Positions 46,322 through 59,006 of a DNA stretch of 64,000 nt are shown here, piece by piece. Both the position numbers and the translations under genes were made by a program. Source of the DNA: Rebecca billardiae RCC1528. Lineage: Eukaryota; Protista; Haptophyta. The stretch lies in contig OZ251223.1 of NCBI GenBank assembly GCA_965240325.2, positions 1,612,001-1,676,000 of the forward strand, written 5' to 3'. Each line of letters begins with the position of its first letter. Positions within the stretch are counted from its first letter, which is position 1. A model generated the notes under the pieces. It had not been told where the DNA came from, did not search any database, and saw only the letters and a list, made by a program, of their open reading frames with translations.

Positions 46322-49300
46322 ATGGCGTGGGACGATGCGAACGCCGCCATCATGATCCAGAAGATCATCCGCGGCAAGATCGCGCGGCGCGAGGTGGCGC
46401 AGCGGCGGCTGCACGCCGCGGCGGGCGACATGCTGCTCACGCTGCTGGAGTCCACGCGGCTGGACACGGAGTCGAAGGTCGCGGCGGCGCGCATCACGCG
46501 CGACCTCGAGCGCCTGCCCGAGCTCGTGCCGCGCATGGGCTCGAAGAGCTCGTTCGACGAGCGCTCGCAGGCGACCAAGGAGGTCGCGTGGGTGCTGTGC
46601 GAGGTGCGCGGCGAGGAGATGGAGAAGCGCGCGTTCGAGGTGGTGCAGGAGTCGGGCGTGGCCGAGTACATCGTGCCGCTCGCGCGCGAGTGCCTCGAGC
46701 CGCCCAACACCGCCGTGCTCTACCCGCTGTTTGCAATCATGTCCAACCTGCCGACGCTCGGCCACAAGGCCGGCGAGCAGCTGCTGAAGGACTCGGGCTG
46801 CTTCGCGCTGCTCATCGACTGTCTGTACTCGGCGGACATGGGCGTGCAGTACTACGCCGCCGCGGGCGTCTCCAACATGTCGCACGACGTCGAGGCCGTG
46901 ACGATGGTGAAGAACAAGAAGGCGACCGCGCAGCTCGAGAAGCTCCTCGACTCCAACAACCGGCACATCATCAACTTCGCGCTCAAGGCGCTGGAGAACG
47001 TGAACGAGGTGCAGTCGGTGTTCGACTTCCTCTTCGGCCTCAAGAAGCAGGAGATCGCCGACCGCAAGGCGCGCATGGAGGCGGCGCGCGAGCGGTACCA
47101 GCAGATGTCCGACGCGGACGCGCGCAAGAGCTTTGCTGCCAAGCAGATCCAGCGGTGGATCCGCGGGCGGAACGTGCGGAAGGGGATGGCGCGCACGCTG
47201 GACGACCGGGCGGAGATCGCGCGCGCCGCCGTGCGCATCCAGGCCGCGGCGCGCGGGCGGATGGCGCGCAAGGTCTCGGCCGGCGTGCGCGCGCGGCTGC
47301 GCGCGCTGCGCATGCAGGCGGGCGTGTCCAAGGTGAGCGTCGCGCAGGCGCGCCTCAAGAAGCGCACCAAGACGAACCGGAAGAAGGTGATGCAGGCGGC
47401 GGGGCAGCGGCGGATCGAGCGGCTCGCCGCGCTCGCCGCGCGCCTCTCGAAGCACGACGGCGTCGTCGCGCACACCGCCATGCTGCTCGACGCGACCGAG
47501 CGCGAGCTCGAGACGCTCGAGGCGCACGCGGACGGGCCGCTCACAGACGAGTGCCACCGCATCCTGAAGGACCTGCTCGCGCGGTACGAGCTGGCGTGCG
47601 CGGGCGGCGGGCCGAGCGGCAAGTCGCGCCTCGAGCACGTCCAGCCGCTCGTCGCCAAGTTCGCCGGCGTCTTCCCCGACGTGGACGTGCACGCCGCGAT
47701 GCTCCTCTTTGGAACCAAGACAGAGCTCCTTTTTCTAGAGGAGGTGCGCGAGCCGTCCGACCCCGAGGCGAAGGCGGTGCTGGTGACGCTCTCGCTGCGG
47801 CACGAGGTGTCGCAGGCGCCGGCGAGCGGCGCGAGCGCCACCTTCCTCGAGAGCCTGTACGCGCTGGTCGAGCGGCACGAGGAGTCCGCGCGCACGCCCG
47901 TCCACCTGGCGATGCCGCTGTTTGGCACGATGGCCGAGGTGGAGGCGCTGGAGGGGATGGAGCCGGGCGGCATGGACGCGGAGGTGGCGCTCTCCGACCT
48001 GCACCTGCGCGTCGAGCTGGCGATCACGGCGCTGCAGATGCAGCGCTACGGCCGCGTGCGCGACTTCATGGCCACCGCCGCGCGCGGCGCGCTGCACGCC
48101 GGCATGCTCTTTGCGGCGACGAGCGGCGAGGTGCGGCGGCTCGAGGGCGCTTGGGACGCGCACGGCGGCCGCTTCGCCGACTCGGCGCACCCGCTGCTCG
48201 TGGAGCTGAGGCTGCGGTACGACATGCTCGCCGCGACGTCGGAGGGCGAGACCCGCCACTTCGACTCGACCGCCGCCGCCGCCGAGCCCGGCGCGCCCGC
48301 CCCGCCGCCGCGGCCGCGCGCGCGCGCGCAGCGCGCGCAGCAGCTCTTCCACAAGTACGAGGATGTGCAGGGGGTGAGTGTGCACCCGGGCATGCTGCTG
48401 TTCAGCACGCAGGCGGAGATGGAGCGGCTGGAGCACTCGAAGGAGCTCTCGTCGCGCGAGACGCTCATGATCCTCACCGACACGCGCGTGCGCCACGAGC
48501 TCGCCGCCGCCACGATCGAGGGCAACACGAAGCGGCTCGCCAAGGCGCACTGGCTGATGCTCAAGTTTGAAGATGTGCCGTATGTGCACTCCGCCATGCT
48601 GCTCGCCGGCACCAAGCCGGAGGTGAAGCGGCTCGAGACGCTCGAGCCGGGCTCGGAGGAGGCGCACGAGGTGCTCGAGGCGCTGCGCATGCGCTTCGAG
48701 CGCCAGGCCGCGCAGCTCCTGCAGATGAAGCGCGAGCGCGCCGAGCAGGCGGCCACCAACATGGCTGGCGGCGCGCGCACACTCGCGGCCGTCAGTGCGG
48801 TCCGCCCGACGGTGCAGGCCAAGGTGGAGCGCTCGACGGCGGTGGCGACGCACGCGCAGGCGGCGCACCGGCGGAACAAGGCGCAGCAGGAGGCGCAGCA
48901 GAAGCGCGAGCGCCAGGCCGCGCTCAACAAGGCGCAGCGCGTCTTCCCCGTCTACCAGCACGCGCGCGAGTCGATGGCCGAGAGGCACGTGGCGAAGAAG
49001 GACGCGGCGACCACGATGCAGGCGCACTACCGCGGGCAGCAGGCGCGCGGGCTCGCGGAGAAGAAGGAGGCGCGGCAGAGCGCGCTGCACCGCGCCGGCG
49101 TCGCCGGCCCCGCGACCAACGAGGCGGCGCGCAAGCTCAAGCACTCGACCGAGGTGCGCGTCGACGCGGCGATCACGCTGCAGCGCTACTGGCGCGGGTA
49201 CGCGGCGCGCAAGCTGTTTGCGCAGCGGCTCGTGAGCAATCAGCAGATCCGCGGCGTGATGAGCCTGGGGCCCGCGGTGTACCGCGTGCCGCCCGTCTTC

Positions 49301-50576
49301 GACAAGGCGCTCGCCAAGCGCCAGCGCGCCGCCATCCTCATCCAGCGCCACGCGCGCGGCCGCCTCGCGCGGCTGTATGCCGTGCACAAGCGCGAGGTGC
49401 TCGACGAGATGGGCGATCTCGCGTCTCTCTACCCGGTGCTGCATGAGGCGCGCGGCGCGCTCAAGTGGCTGAGCAAGCAGAAGCACTTCGCGGCGATCGA
49501 GATCCAGCGGCACTGGCGCGGTGCGCGCGCGCGCGCGGCGGCGGCGCGGCGGTTGCGCCAGGCCCGACGCCGGCCGAGGACGCGGCCGCCGCGCTCGGCG
49601 CGCAGCCCGCGCCTCCACCGCCGAGCCTCGCGCCTCGTGCCTCGCGCCTCACGCCCGCCCCTCGCCCGCGCGCGCGCGCGCGCCCGCGCCGCCGCAGGCT
49701 ACTCCGCACGCAAGCGCGTGCGCAAGCTGCTCGCGCGGATGGCTCGCGAGTACCGGCGGCGGCAGCAGCGCGAGTACGTCCTGCAGATGGACGCGCACAT
49801 GTACAGGCAGTACCAGACGCGCAAGACTCGGTGCGCGGCGCGGCGCGGCCGAGCCGGGGCGTCCCCCGCCGGCGCGGTCCGCCGCGCGCCGCGGCGCGCG
49901 CGCGCCTGCTGACGCGCGCCGCGCGCCGCTGCCCCGCCCCCCCCCGCGCCGCCCGCGCCGCCATCGCTCCACCAGCCACCCGATGCACGGCCTCCCGCCG
50001 GTCGACAGCGGCTCGATCTTCTACTCGCCGCCGCCGAAGACCTCCGCTGGCGTGCGCTCGCGATCGCCGCAGAGCACCCTCGGCGGCGCGTCGGAGCCCT
50101 CGCGTCCGGGCCGAGCGGGCCCGCGGCCGATCAGTGCGTACATGCCGCCGCAGCAGAGCTCGGTGATGGAGCGGCGGCCGGACAAGGAGCTGGACAACTT
50201 CCGCCACCTGCCGCAGACGCTCCGCTCCAACATCTCCTACTACCCGGGGCGCGCGTACCTACAGGCGATGCACGCGCTGCCCGCGCAGCCGCTGCGCAAG
50301 TATGTGAACACGCAGCGCGGCCAGTCGCTGCTGCAGCCGCTGCCGCGCCTGCCCAACGGCCTCGACACGCAGCTCGCGGAGACGCTGCACGTGCCGAGCT
50401 TCCAGCAGCCGCCGCCCAAGGAGCCGGACGACTTTGCCGAGCTCGCGTACGGGCGGCACAGCAACAGCCCGCCCCGCAGCCCCAAGACCACCAAGGGCTC
50501 GCGCGTCTCGCACAGCCCGGCGCAGCGCTCGAGTGCCGGCAAGCAGAAGCGGCTGGCGGCGACCACATCCTTCTGA
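46322..50576 (+). CDS. Large IQ-motif (calmodulin-binding) protein with ARM-like region and six internal helical repeats; introns 49521-49697 and 49831-49975
   Basis: IQ motifs IQKIIRG, IQRWIRG, IQAAARG, MQAHYRG, LQRYWRG, IQRHARG and IQRHWRG|YSAR (the last completed by splicing). ARM-like VQYYAAAGVSNM..LEKLL...NFALKALENV. Confidence 0.82.
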
Positions 50577-51232
50577 CGCTTCTGACGACGGCGAGTTGGC
50601 GTGACGACGCACGCACGCGCAGCCGTCTGCGAGCAGCCTTGCGCCCGTGGCACGCACCGTGCATGCGCGCGATGAGTGCGTCCGCGAGCAGCGCCGAGCG
50701 CTGGCACCTGCCGTCATCCGTCTCGCGCCTCGAGTCGTGCTCCCATAGGCACGAGCAGGCGTGAGCAGACGCCCGCAGACGGCTCCGCTACGGTACGCCC
50801 GCGCTACAGCACTAGTCCGCTATTCGCGTCGGAATGAGCTACTCAACTACGACTGCTACGCAAGTCGTTTGACGATCGGATCCGTCGTCATTGCCGTATC
50901 ATCAGCCATGCTGCATGCACTTAGTGCATGCTGCGACTCGTACTCGTTGAGTCGTTCATTCAGTCCGCGCTGCGACCGCGGCGCACTCCGTCCGACCTGA
51001 CGATGCCTGATTCTACGGCCGCCTGACTGCCGGACCGTCGTAGTGCGCTAGTAGTTAGCTGCTACTATACGTTAGCCGAGGCGATTCATCATAACTCATC
51101 GTCGCCGCTGATCCGCCTGCGTACAGCGTAATTTACTATATTACTCAGTGAGTGTAAGCGTAATGGTGATGACACGGCGGTTGGCAGCGATATGCGTCCA
51201 CTAGGGGTTCGGTCACATCTAAATCATCAACC

Positions 51233-51347
51233 TATACAAAAATCCCCAAAATCCTGCGCGCATCCTCTTTTTGATTTTGCGGAGCACGTGCGCCGCCCCC
51301 CCGGCTTTCGCTCACGCTCAGACCTTTATTCGAGTAACTTGGGGGCC

Positions 51348-51378
<31 letters not shown>

Positions 51379-51387
51379 GCGTGCGCC
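51233..51387 (+). repeat. Dispersed repeat copy A (with expanded poly-G tract)
   Basis: TTTGCGGAGCACGTGCGCCGCCCCCCCGGCTTTCGCTCACGCTCAGACCTTT is reverse-complementary to 62806-62860. Confidence 0.85.
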
Positions 51388-51541
51388 ATTAAATAATAAG
51401 TGCGACGATGATTATTATGATGACGATGACGACGACGAAGCTCATCCTGCTGCTGAGACTGCTGACGATGAGGATGCAGGGAGCAGGTGATAGATAGGCA
51501 CTCCCATCCATCGGGCATCGTCAGCCCGTCATTAATCATCG

Positions 51542-54463
51542 TCATGCCTCTGCGAGGGTCTCGTACAGCTCGACGCCCTTCTTTGAGGCCGTCTCCACGT
51601 CGGTGAGGTTGCTCCACAGGTCGAGCCGCACGAGCTGGTCGGCTCTGCGCGGGAGCGAGCCGCCCGGCAGCATCGAGGCGAACTCGTGGCGCAGCAGCGG
51701 CACGGTGAAGTCCGCCGGGTCGTGGTCGAGCGTGTTCGCCTTGGCGGCGATGTGCTCGCCCGGCTCGAGGTGGTTGGTCGAGAACGAGCTCTGGTTCCGA
51801 AAGTTTGGGTAGAGCATCCACTTGGCGCGGAGGTACATGAGCTCGATCAGGAACTTCTTCCACGAGCCCTTCCACCCGGGCACGGCCGAGTCGGGGATGG
51901 CGATGCGCTTGGGCGAGTCCGCGCCGGTGCGCAGCAGCAGCCACTCGCGGAAGTTGCGCCACGGCTGCGCGTAGAAGAGCGCACCCCACGAGCACGGCAG
52001 CTGCTGCGCAAACGGCTGGCCGCGCAGCTCGGCGTGCAGGTTGACCCGGCGGCGCGGGATCTTGACCTCGACGAGCCGCGGCGTGTACAGCGAGATGCCG
52101 ATCATGTCCGGGTCGGCCGCCGCCTCGCCCGAGTACCGGTACATGAGCAGCGCGTACTTGAGCCACGCGTAGAACGAGGGCGCCACCTCGATGTCGTCCT
52201 CGAGCAGCACCGCGTACTCGTCGTCACTCGCGGGCGTCCACGACTCGACGACGGCCGTGGCGAGCCCGGCGTGCGCCGCGCGCGCGTGCACGCTCTTCGG
52301 GCCGTGCGGCCAGTGGAACTGCGAGATGAAGCGGTGGGTCGGGTCGTCCGCGTTCGCGTCCAGCGCGAAGCGGATCGGCACCTCGTCCCCCAGGTAGTCT
52401 GCGCTCGCGAGCGCGTTGCACAGCCGCTTAAGCGAGTGCGCGCGCCGCCACGTGATCACGACGATCACGACGCGGGGCGCGTGCCACGCGGCGAGCGCGC
52501 GCGGCGAGAGCGTGCCCAGCCAGGAGAGCGTCTCGAGCTGCGGGCGCGGGAGGAGGATCGGCAGGCGCGCGCGCGGCACCGGCGCCTGCCCGTACGGCGC
52601 GGCCTCGGCGTCCGCGCCGTGCGCGGCGGGCGGCGCGCTCAGCTGAAGCCCGCGCGCGGCCGCGTCCGCCCACGGCGCGTCGCTCTCGGCGCCGCCAAAT
52701 GTCGTGCGCACCGCCACGGCGAGCGGGCAGGGGCGCGCGCCGTCGCCGACCGCGGCGATGACCAGCGTGGGCTGCACGGTCTCGCGCAGGTGGGCCAGCA
52801 CGCGCGCGAGCCGCCGCGCCTCGCCGACCGACGACTCGGCCTCGACGGCGCTGAACCAGCCGTCCGCGAGCGCAAAGGAGCGTCCCCACACCATGTCCCC
52901 GGCCGCCTCGGCGCCGGCCGCGCCGTCGTCCGCGGCGGGGGGCGAAGAAGAGGCGTCCGACGCGCCGGGCTGGGAGCCGCCGGGCGCGCGGCCGACGGCC
53001 ACGTCGCAGCGCACGCGCCGTGGCTCGGCCGCCGCCGCCGCCGCTCCGCGGCGCGCGCGAGCGCAGTGGGGCGCCAGCACTCGCAGGAGCTGGCGGCCGG
53101 CCGCATCGTCCGCGCCGACGAGCAGCCAGCGCTCGGTGGGTGCGGGCTGGGCACCGGCGTCGGCGTCGGCGCCGGGGCCGAAGCCGCCCGGCTCGGCGTC
53201 GGCGCGCGCCTCCGCCCCGCCCGCCTCCGCGGCGGGCGCGTCGATCGGCACGCGCACGCGGCCGTGCCGGCCGAGCGCAACAGGTGCCATCCCCGCGCGC
53301 AGCGCGCGAGACACGGCGCGGTCGGGCGCGGTGGGCCCGCGGCTCGAGGCGGGCCAGGACTCGGCCCGACGCGCGCCCGCGTCCCCCGTCAGCACCGTCT
53401 CCACGGGCAACACCGTCGTGCGCACGCCGAGCAGCCGGCGCAGCCCGTCGCTCAGCGCGAGCATCGCGCCGCCCGGCCCCAGGCCTGCGGGCGGCTCGGT
53501 GCCCAGCACGAGCTTGGCCCACGACTCGTGCAGTAGCGCCATGCCGTCCAGGTAGTCGACGTCGAGGGCGTGCTCGATGACGAGGCCGGAGGAGCTGTCG
53601 GGCGCGCATAGGTGGGCGTACGGCGCGTCGCCCTCGCCGCCCGCGCCGCGCGCGGGCACCGCACTCGCGGGAAGCACCACGCAGCCGGCCTCGCCATACA
53701 CGGCGGGTGTGCGCCCGTCCGCGAGGTCGAGCGCGGCCGCGGCGAGCGCGGAGCGGAGGAAGCGGTGGGAGGGGATGGCGTGCGGCTCGAGGAGCACGAC
53801 GTACGGCGTGGGGCTCTGCAGTGCCAGCTGCAGAGCGCCGTACTCGCGCAGCTCCGCCACGAGGCGCACCGCCTTGACCACCTCGGGCGCGCGCCTCTGC
53901 TCAGCCAGGGCGGCCTGCGCGGCTGCCTCGCGCGCCGCGCGCTCCGACGAGGTGGCGAGGCTGCCCACGCCGTACGTGACGACCCACACGCCGGATGGGC
54001 GCGCGTGCTGCGAGAGCAGCGCGCGCGTCTGCCGGCAGATGGTCCACGCCTCGTCGTGCGACGCGATCGCGGTGACGGGCGCGACCTCCGCCTCGCCCAG
54101 CAGCAGATTGCGCTCTCGCGCCTCGGCCATGAGCTGCGTCAGGGTCGGGCCGGTGCGCTCGAGCGCTGTGAAGAGTCGCTGGCGCCGCACCCTCCACACG
54201 CTCTCCACGAAGGATGGGCGCTCCGTGGCTGGCGGCGGCGGCGGCGGCGGTGGCCGTGCTCTGCATGTGCGCGGATGGTAGTTGTGCGACTGTCGGAGCA
54301 GCAGGGGCGTCCCGGCGTCGGCGTGCCCGAGCAGCGCGACGAACTGCACCACCACCGTGCTCACCGCGAAGATGAAGACGAAAGCCGCCACTTCGCGCAC
54401 GCGCACGCGGCGCAGGACTGCGCCGAGGCAGGCGCGCGCGCCGCCGACGTTCGCCCGCGACAT
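51542..54463 (-). CDS. GT-A fold (GT2-like) glycosyltransferase, type II membrane protein
   Basis: N-terminal TM; VIT..R..SL.RL..L..ADYLGD, WPHGPK, GL..AV.ESW, VLLEDDIEV, PCSWGA.F, FSTNHLEPGEH, as in the plant/algal/fungal GT2-like family. Confidence 0.82.
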   Translation of the reverse strand: MSRANVGGARACLGAVLRRVRVREVAAFVFIFAVSTVVVQFVALLGHADAGTPLLLRQSHNYHPRTCRARPPPPPPPPATERPSFVESVWRVRRQRLFTALERTGPTLTQLMAEARERNLLLGEAEVAPVTAIASHDEAWTICRQTRALLSQHARPSGVWVVTYGVGSLATSSERAAREAAAQAALAEQRRAPEVVKAVRLVAELREYGALQLALQSPTPYVVLLEPHAIPSHRFLRSALAAAALDLADGRTPAVYGEAGCVVLPASAVPARGAGGEGDAPYAHLCAPDSSSGLVIEHALDVDYLDGMALLHESWAKLVLGTEPPAGLGPGGAMLALSDGLRRLLGVRTTVLPVETVLTGDAGARRAESWPASSRGPTAPDRAVSRALRAGMAPVALGRHGRVRVPIDAPAAEAGGAEARADAEPGGFGPGADADAGAQPAPTERWLLVGADDAAGRQLLRVLAPHCARARRGAAAAAAEPRRVRCDVAVGRAPGGSQPGASDASSSPPAADDGAAGAEAAGDMVWGRSFALADGWFSAVEAESSVGEARRLARVLAHLRETVQPTLVIAAVGDGARPCPLAVAVRTTFGGAESDAPWADAAARGLQLSAPPAAHGADAEAAPYGQAPVPRARLPILLPRPQLETLSWLGTLSPRALAAWHAPRVVIVVITWRRAHSLKRLCNALASADYLGDEVPIRFALDANADDPTHRFISQFHWPHGPKSVHARAAHAGLATAVVESWTPASDDEYAVLLEDDIEVAPSFYAWLKYALLMYRYSGEAAADPDMIGISLYTPRLVEVKIPRRRVNLHAELRGQPFAQQLPCSWGALFYAQPWRNFREWLLLRTGADSPKRIAIPDSAVPGWKGSWKKFLIELMYLRAKWMLYPNFRNQSSFSTNHLEPGEHIAAKANTLDHDPADFTVPLLRHEFASMLPGGSLPRRADQLVRLDLWSNLTDVETASKKGVELYETLAEA

Positions 54464-54625
54464 CAGGATGGCGGTGTGCCCGGTGCCGGACCCGGGCAGT
54501 CCGGATTCTGCACGGCTGCATCTGCACCGGAACTCGCTGGTCCTTCCCGCGTCTGCGCGCGGAGGACGCCCTCGGTACGCCCGTCACGCCGACAGTGGAG
54601 CCCGCCAAGGCTGCCGCCTTCCGCG

Positions 54626-57478
54626 ATGAGCACACCCGCCGCGAACACGCGGCGCTCAAAGCTCTTGCGGCTGTGCGCGGGCGCGACGCTGGTGCTCGTC
54701 GGCGAGCTCTGCGTCGCCGCAGCACTCTTCGCGCGCACCGACGGCTGGTCTGCACTCTGGTCTCTTCGCGTGCGATTCACCGACACGCGCCACTCGTTTG
54801 CCGACGTGTTCGTGCTCATCGCTGTGAAGGCCATCCTTGTGGTCGTCTGCGGCGCGGCCGCGGCGTGGTTCGGGCGGCTCCCAGAGGCTGGCGACGAGTC
54901 CGCCCACGGGGGCGCCGCGCACCAGCGCGCCGATGACGACACCGTCGTCGTGCAGCCGCTGCTGCTCGGCGGCACCAACGGCGGCAGTAACGGCGGCGCC
55001 GCCAGCGGTGGTGCCGCGGCGGCCGGCACGAACGGCAATCGGGACAAGCTGGGCTTCGACGCGAAGCAGCGCGCGAACGTGCGCAGGCAGGGGCTCATCG
55101 CCGCCGTCTTCTTCTTCTCCACCGCCTTCCAGATGTTTGTCGGCATCAAGACGATCCAGTTTGCGTTTGCGGACGCGCTCCGGCAGGCGCTGATGCTCGG
55201 CGCGCTCATCGCCGGGACCAACCTGAGCACGTGGCTGGTCGTGCGCGCGGCCCGCGAGGCGACGGCGGACGACGGGTACTTCGTGCCCGAGTTCCACCCG
55301 CACCCGCTCTTCTACCGCCCGGAGGTCCCCTTCCGCAAGTGCGACCTGTGCAACGAGCGCGGCTCCACCTTCTACTCGTGCCGCAAGTGCGGCTTCGACG
55401 TGTGCCCGCGCTGCTACCACAAGAAGGACAAGAAGACGTCGGAGGGGCTGCTGCGCTCCGACTCCGGGTACAAGGAGCCGCCCGAGTTCTCCACGTACCA
55501 GTACATCGTCAACACCGCGCGGCTCGTCAAGCCGCACGTGCCGCTGTTTGTGGTGGCGGTGACGTGCCTGGTCGCGACCACGCTCACGCAGCTCTTCCTG
55601 CCCAACTACCAGGGCAAGATCCTCGACTCGATCGTGCAGGGCGACACGGAGGCGTTCCGCTCGGCGATCATGGTCTACCTCGTCCTCTCCGTCGGCACGG
55701 GGCTGCTGAACGCCGTGCGCTCGCTCTGCTTCAACGTGGCGATGCGCCAGATCGGCATGTCGCTGCGCAAGTCGCTCTTCTCGCAGATCATCTCGCAGGA
55801 CATGATCTTCTTCGACTCGATCAAGACGGGCGACCTGATCTCGCGGCTGTCGGGCAACATCGGCTCGATGCTCTCGCCGCTGCAGAACACGCTGCAGACG
55901 CTGCTCTCAAACCTCATCCTCCTCGTCGGCTCGCTCGTGATGTGCTTCGTGATCTCGTGGCGGCTCTCCTTCCTCGCGTTCACCACGCTCGCGCCGATCC
56001 TGTACATCACGGCCGCGTACGCGCGCTGGTCGCGCCGGCAGAACTACATGATCTGGCAGACGCTCGGCGACGCGAACGCCGACGCGGCCGAGGCGTTCAC
56101 CAACATGCGCCTCGTGCGCGCCTTCTCCACCGAGGAGATCGAGCGCGCCAAGTACGGCGAGAAGTGCGACCTCTCGCTGCGCAAGGGGATGCTCGACGCG
56201 CTGTACGGCACGCTCACCGTCACGCTCGGCGACTACCTCGACCAGGGCGCGTCGGTGATCATCCTGTGGTGCGGCGGCGCGACGGCGATGCAGCCCGACT
56301 CGGCGCTCAGCGTGGGGCGGCTCATCACGTACACGCTGTACTACAACAAGATCCAGTCCTCGTACAACGCGCTGAACGGCGTGCTCAACTCGTTCACGCG
56401 CTCGGCAGGCGCGGCGATGCGCGTGCTCTCGCTCTTCGACCTCACGCCCGACATCCCCTCGACGGACCCGAGCAAGGGCGAGGCGCTGCCGCCGGGCGCG
56501 CGCGAGGGCTGCGCCGTGCGCTTCGAGAATGTCGACTTCCACTACCAGCTGCGCCCGGAGCGCAAGGTGCTCGACGGCTTCTCGCTCGACGTGCCCGCGG
56601 GCACGGTCACTGCGCTCGTCGGCCGCTCGGGCGCGGGCAAGAGCACGTGCGCGTCGCTCCTGCTGCGCTTCTACGACGTGAAGGGCGGGCGGATCGTCGT
56701 GGACGGGCGGGACGTGCGCTCCCTCTCGGTGCGCTCGCTGCACTCCGCCATGGGCGTGGTCACGCAGGACACGCAGCTGTTCAACTCGTCCATCGAGGAC
56801 AACATCGCGTACGGGCTCGAGGTGCGAAGCTCTCTGCGCGAGCCCATCGCGCACCCAACCGCCCGCCGCGCTGCCCCGCGCCAAGGCCGCGCGCACCGCG
56901 CCGTGCGGAGCACGCGGGTCCGCGCGGCCGCGACAGCAGCAGCCGTTTGCAACGCGCCGCACCGCACCGCGCTCCCGGGTGGCTGACCGCCGCTGCGCGC
57001 GTGCGCGACCGCGCTTTCCCGCTGGGCGCAGGGCTACTCGCACGAGCAGCTCGTGCACGCCGCGCGCCAGGCGCAGGCGCATGACTTCATCATGGCGCTG
57101 CCTGACGGCTACCGCACGCGCGTCGGCGAGCGCGGCACTCGGCTCTCCGGAGGCCAGAAGCAGCGGCTGGCCATCTGCCGCGCGCTGCTGCGCAGGCCGC
57201 GCCTTCTGCTCCTGGACGAGGCGACGTCTTCGCTCGACGCGTCGAGCGAGGCCGAGGTGCAGGCCTCGCTCGACGCGCTCATCTGGACGGGCGAGCACAC
57301 CGTCATCCTGATCGCGCACCGCCTCTCCACCGTGGTGAACGCGCACCAGATTGCGCTGCTCGCGGACGGCGCTGTGGCGGAGAGCGGCACGCACGACGAG
57401 CTCATCGCCGCAGGGGGCCAGTACGCAGAGCTCGTGGCGCACCAGCTGCAGCAGCAGCGCGAGACGATACCCGAGTGA
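54626..57478 (+). CDS. ABCB half-transporter (TAP/ABCB9-like) with N-terminal TMD0 and inserted Cys/His zinc domain; intron 56822-57031
   Basis: ABC-TM motifs QD..FFD..KTGDL.SRL and EAF.N.R.VRAF; Walker A GRSGAGKST, Q-loop VTQD, signature LSGGQKQR, Walker B LLLDEATSSLD, AHRLST. Confidence 0.93.
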
Positions 57479-57850
57479 TCGCGCGCTGCACACTGCGACT
57501 ACCTGCAGTCCAACTCCCCGTACAGCCTGTGCAGCACTACGGCGTCATCAGTGGCATCACCTGCGTCCTGGATTCAATTCACTTCGCCACTGACATGATC
57601 GTCTATGGGGTACAGTGCAGTACTGTGATCATCAATAGCTACGACGACAGCAGCGACTGGCGCGGCGGCTGGCAACACGCGCGCGGCTGTGACGCTGGCG
57701 GCGCCCGCTCAGCGGGCGGGCCCGCGCCGGGCTGAGCTGCCCTGTGCCCGGCCAGCCAGCCGATCACCCGGACGATGCGGTGTTGTGTGGTAACACTGAG
57801 TTTCATGCGCGCATCAGAGCCCTATATACTATAGACGCCATACAGCAGTA

Positions 57851-57965
57851 GTATGTATGTGTGTATATATATATATATATGTGTATATGTATATATATAC
57901 ATATATATATATATATATGTACAGAGAGAGAGAGAGAGCTGAGAGAGAGAGAGCCAGAGAGAGAG
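57851..57965. repeat. (TA)n/(GA)n microsatellite cluster
   Basis: Directly visible. Confidence 0.9.
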
Positions 57966-58201
57966 CCAGCATCAGTCTGCCGGCGGCACTTAAGCTATAT
58001 ATATGATAAGTCGTCTGCTGCTTGATGTTTATATAATTAAGTTAGGCCCGCCGGCGGGCGGACCCGGAGACGCCGAGACGCGGACATAACTAGTAGTTAG
58101 TAATACTACTAAGAAACTTGTGATGTGACTCCGTAGGCGCTCATCGGGCTACGACCGAACGGCTTCGGTCAGTAAGAAACCGAGATAAGCTGCTAGCTAG
58201 T

Positions 58202-58689
58202 GGCTCCGGCTCCGGTCCACCCCCCCCCCCAGCTCCGTTACGTCTTGGCCCCGAGCCGAAGTCAACCAAGCGGACCATGCAGCAGAGTGAGACTGAGAGT
58301 CCCTTCCGATCCCCGATTGATGACTTCAACGAGAAATGTCGCATCCGACCACCTCCCAATAGGTTCAGACTCTATTTTTACTATGTAATTACCCGTCCCT
58401 TACTCAGATGTCAGCATAGTTCGGGAGCATTCCGGACACCTGTATACATATGCGAAAATCAAAATGATACCCGGAATGGGTATTTGGTTATAGAAAATAG
58501 AGTCTGAACCTATTGGAGGTGTGGCTGATGATGATCCATCTGGCCGTAATATCGTCCAAGGCGGACCGCCTGGGGTGGGCTAGGAGCTATTATTGTAGAT
58601 CATCAGAGGCGGCGATCCCGCCGATTGCAGTGTCAATATGTAACGCTCCACTGACCGGACTGGGGGGGGGGTGGACCGAAGCCGGAGCC
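58202..58689. mobile_element. MITE (488 bp) with about 29-bp TIRs and TAGT 4-bp TSD
   Basis: TAGT|GGCTCCGGCTCCGGTCCAC(C)n ... (G)nTGGACCGAAGCCGGAGCC|TAGT. Internal IR at 58352-58379 versus 58494-58519. Confidence 0.85.
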
Positions 58690-59006
58690 TAGTGCTAGCC
58701 GTGGGATCTCTGACTTCTTATTGCCCGCGATTGTCCCGATAGTGGTCGCTACCAGCGCCGTGCCCGCACATAGTAGCTATATACCTGGTAATTGTATCTG
58801 CGACGATCACTGCTGCCGATGGCGATGACTCTGATGCATCAGAGTCCGATATCGGCGCGATATAATTCGCCATCATCAGTTGCGCGTCAGCGGGTCAGAC
58901 TACGGTCAGCGATAATAGTAATAGTTCACTGCGCGGCTGAGTGAGAAAAATAATTATTGTTTGAGTCGTCAGCAGCATCGTCGCCGTCATCGCGCGCGTC
59001 TCTGCT

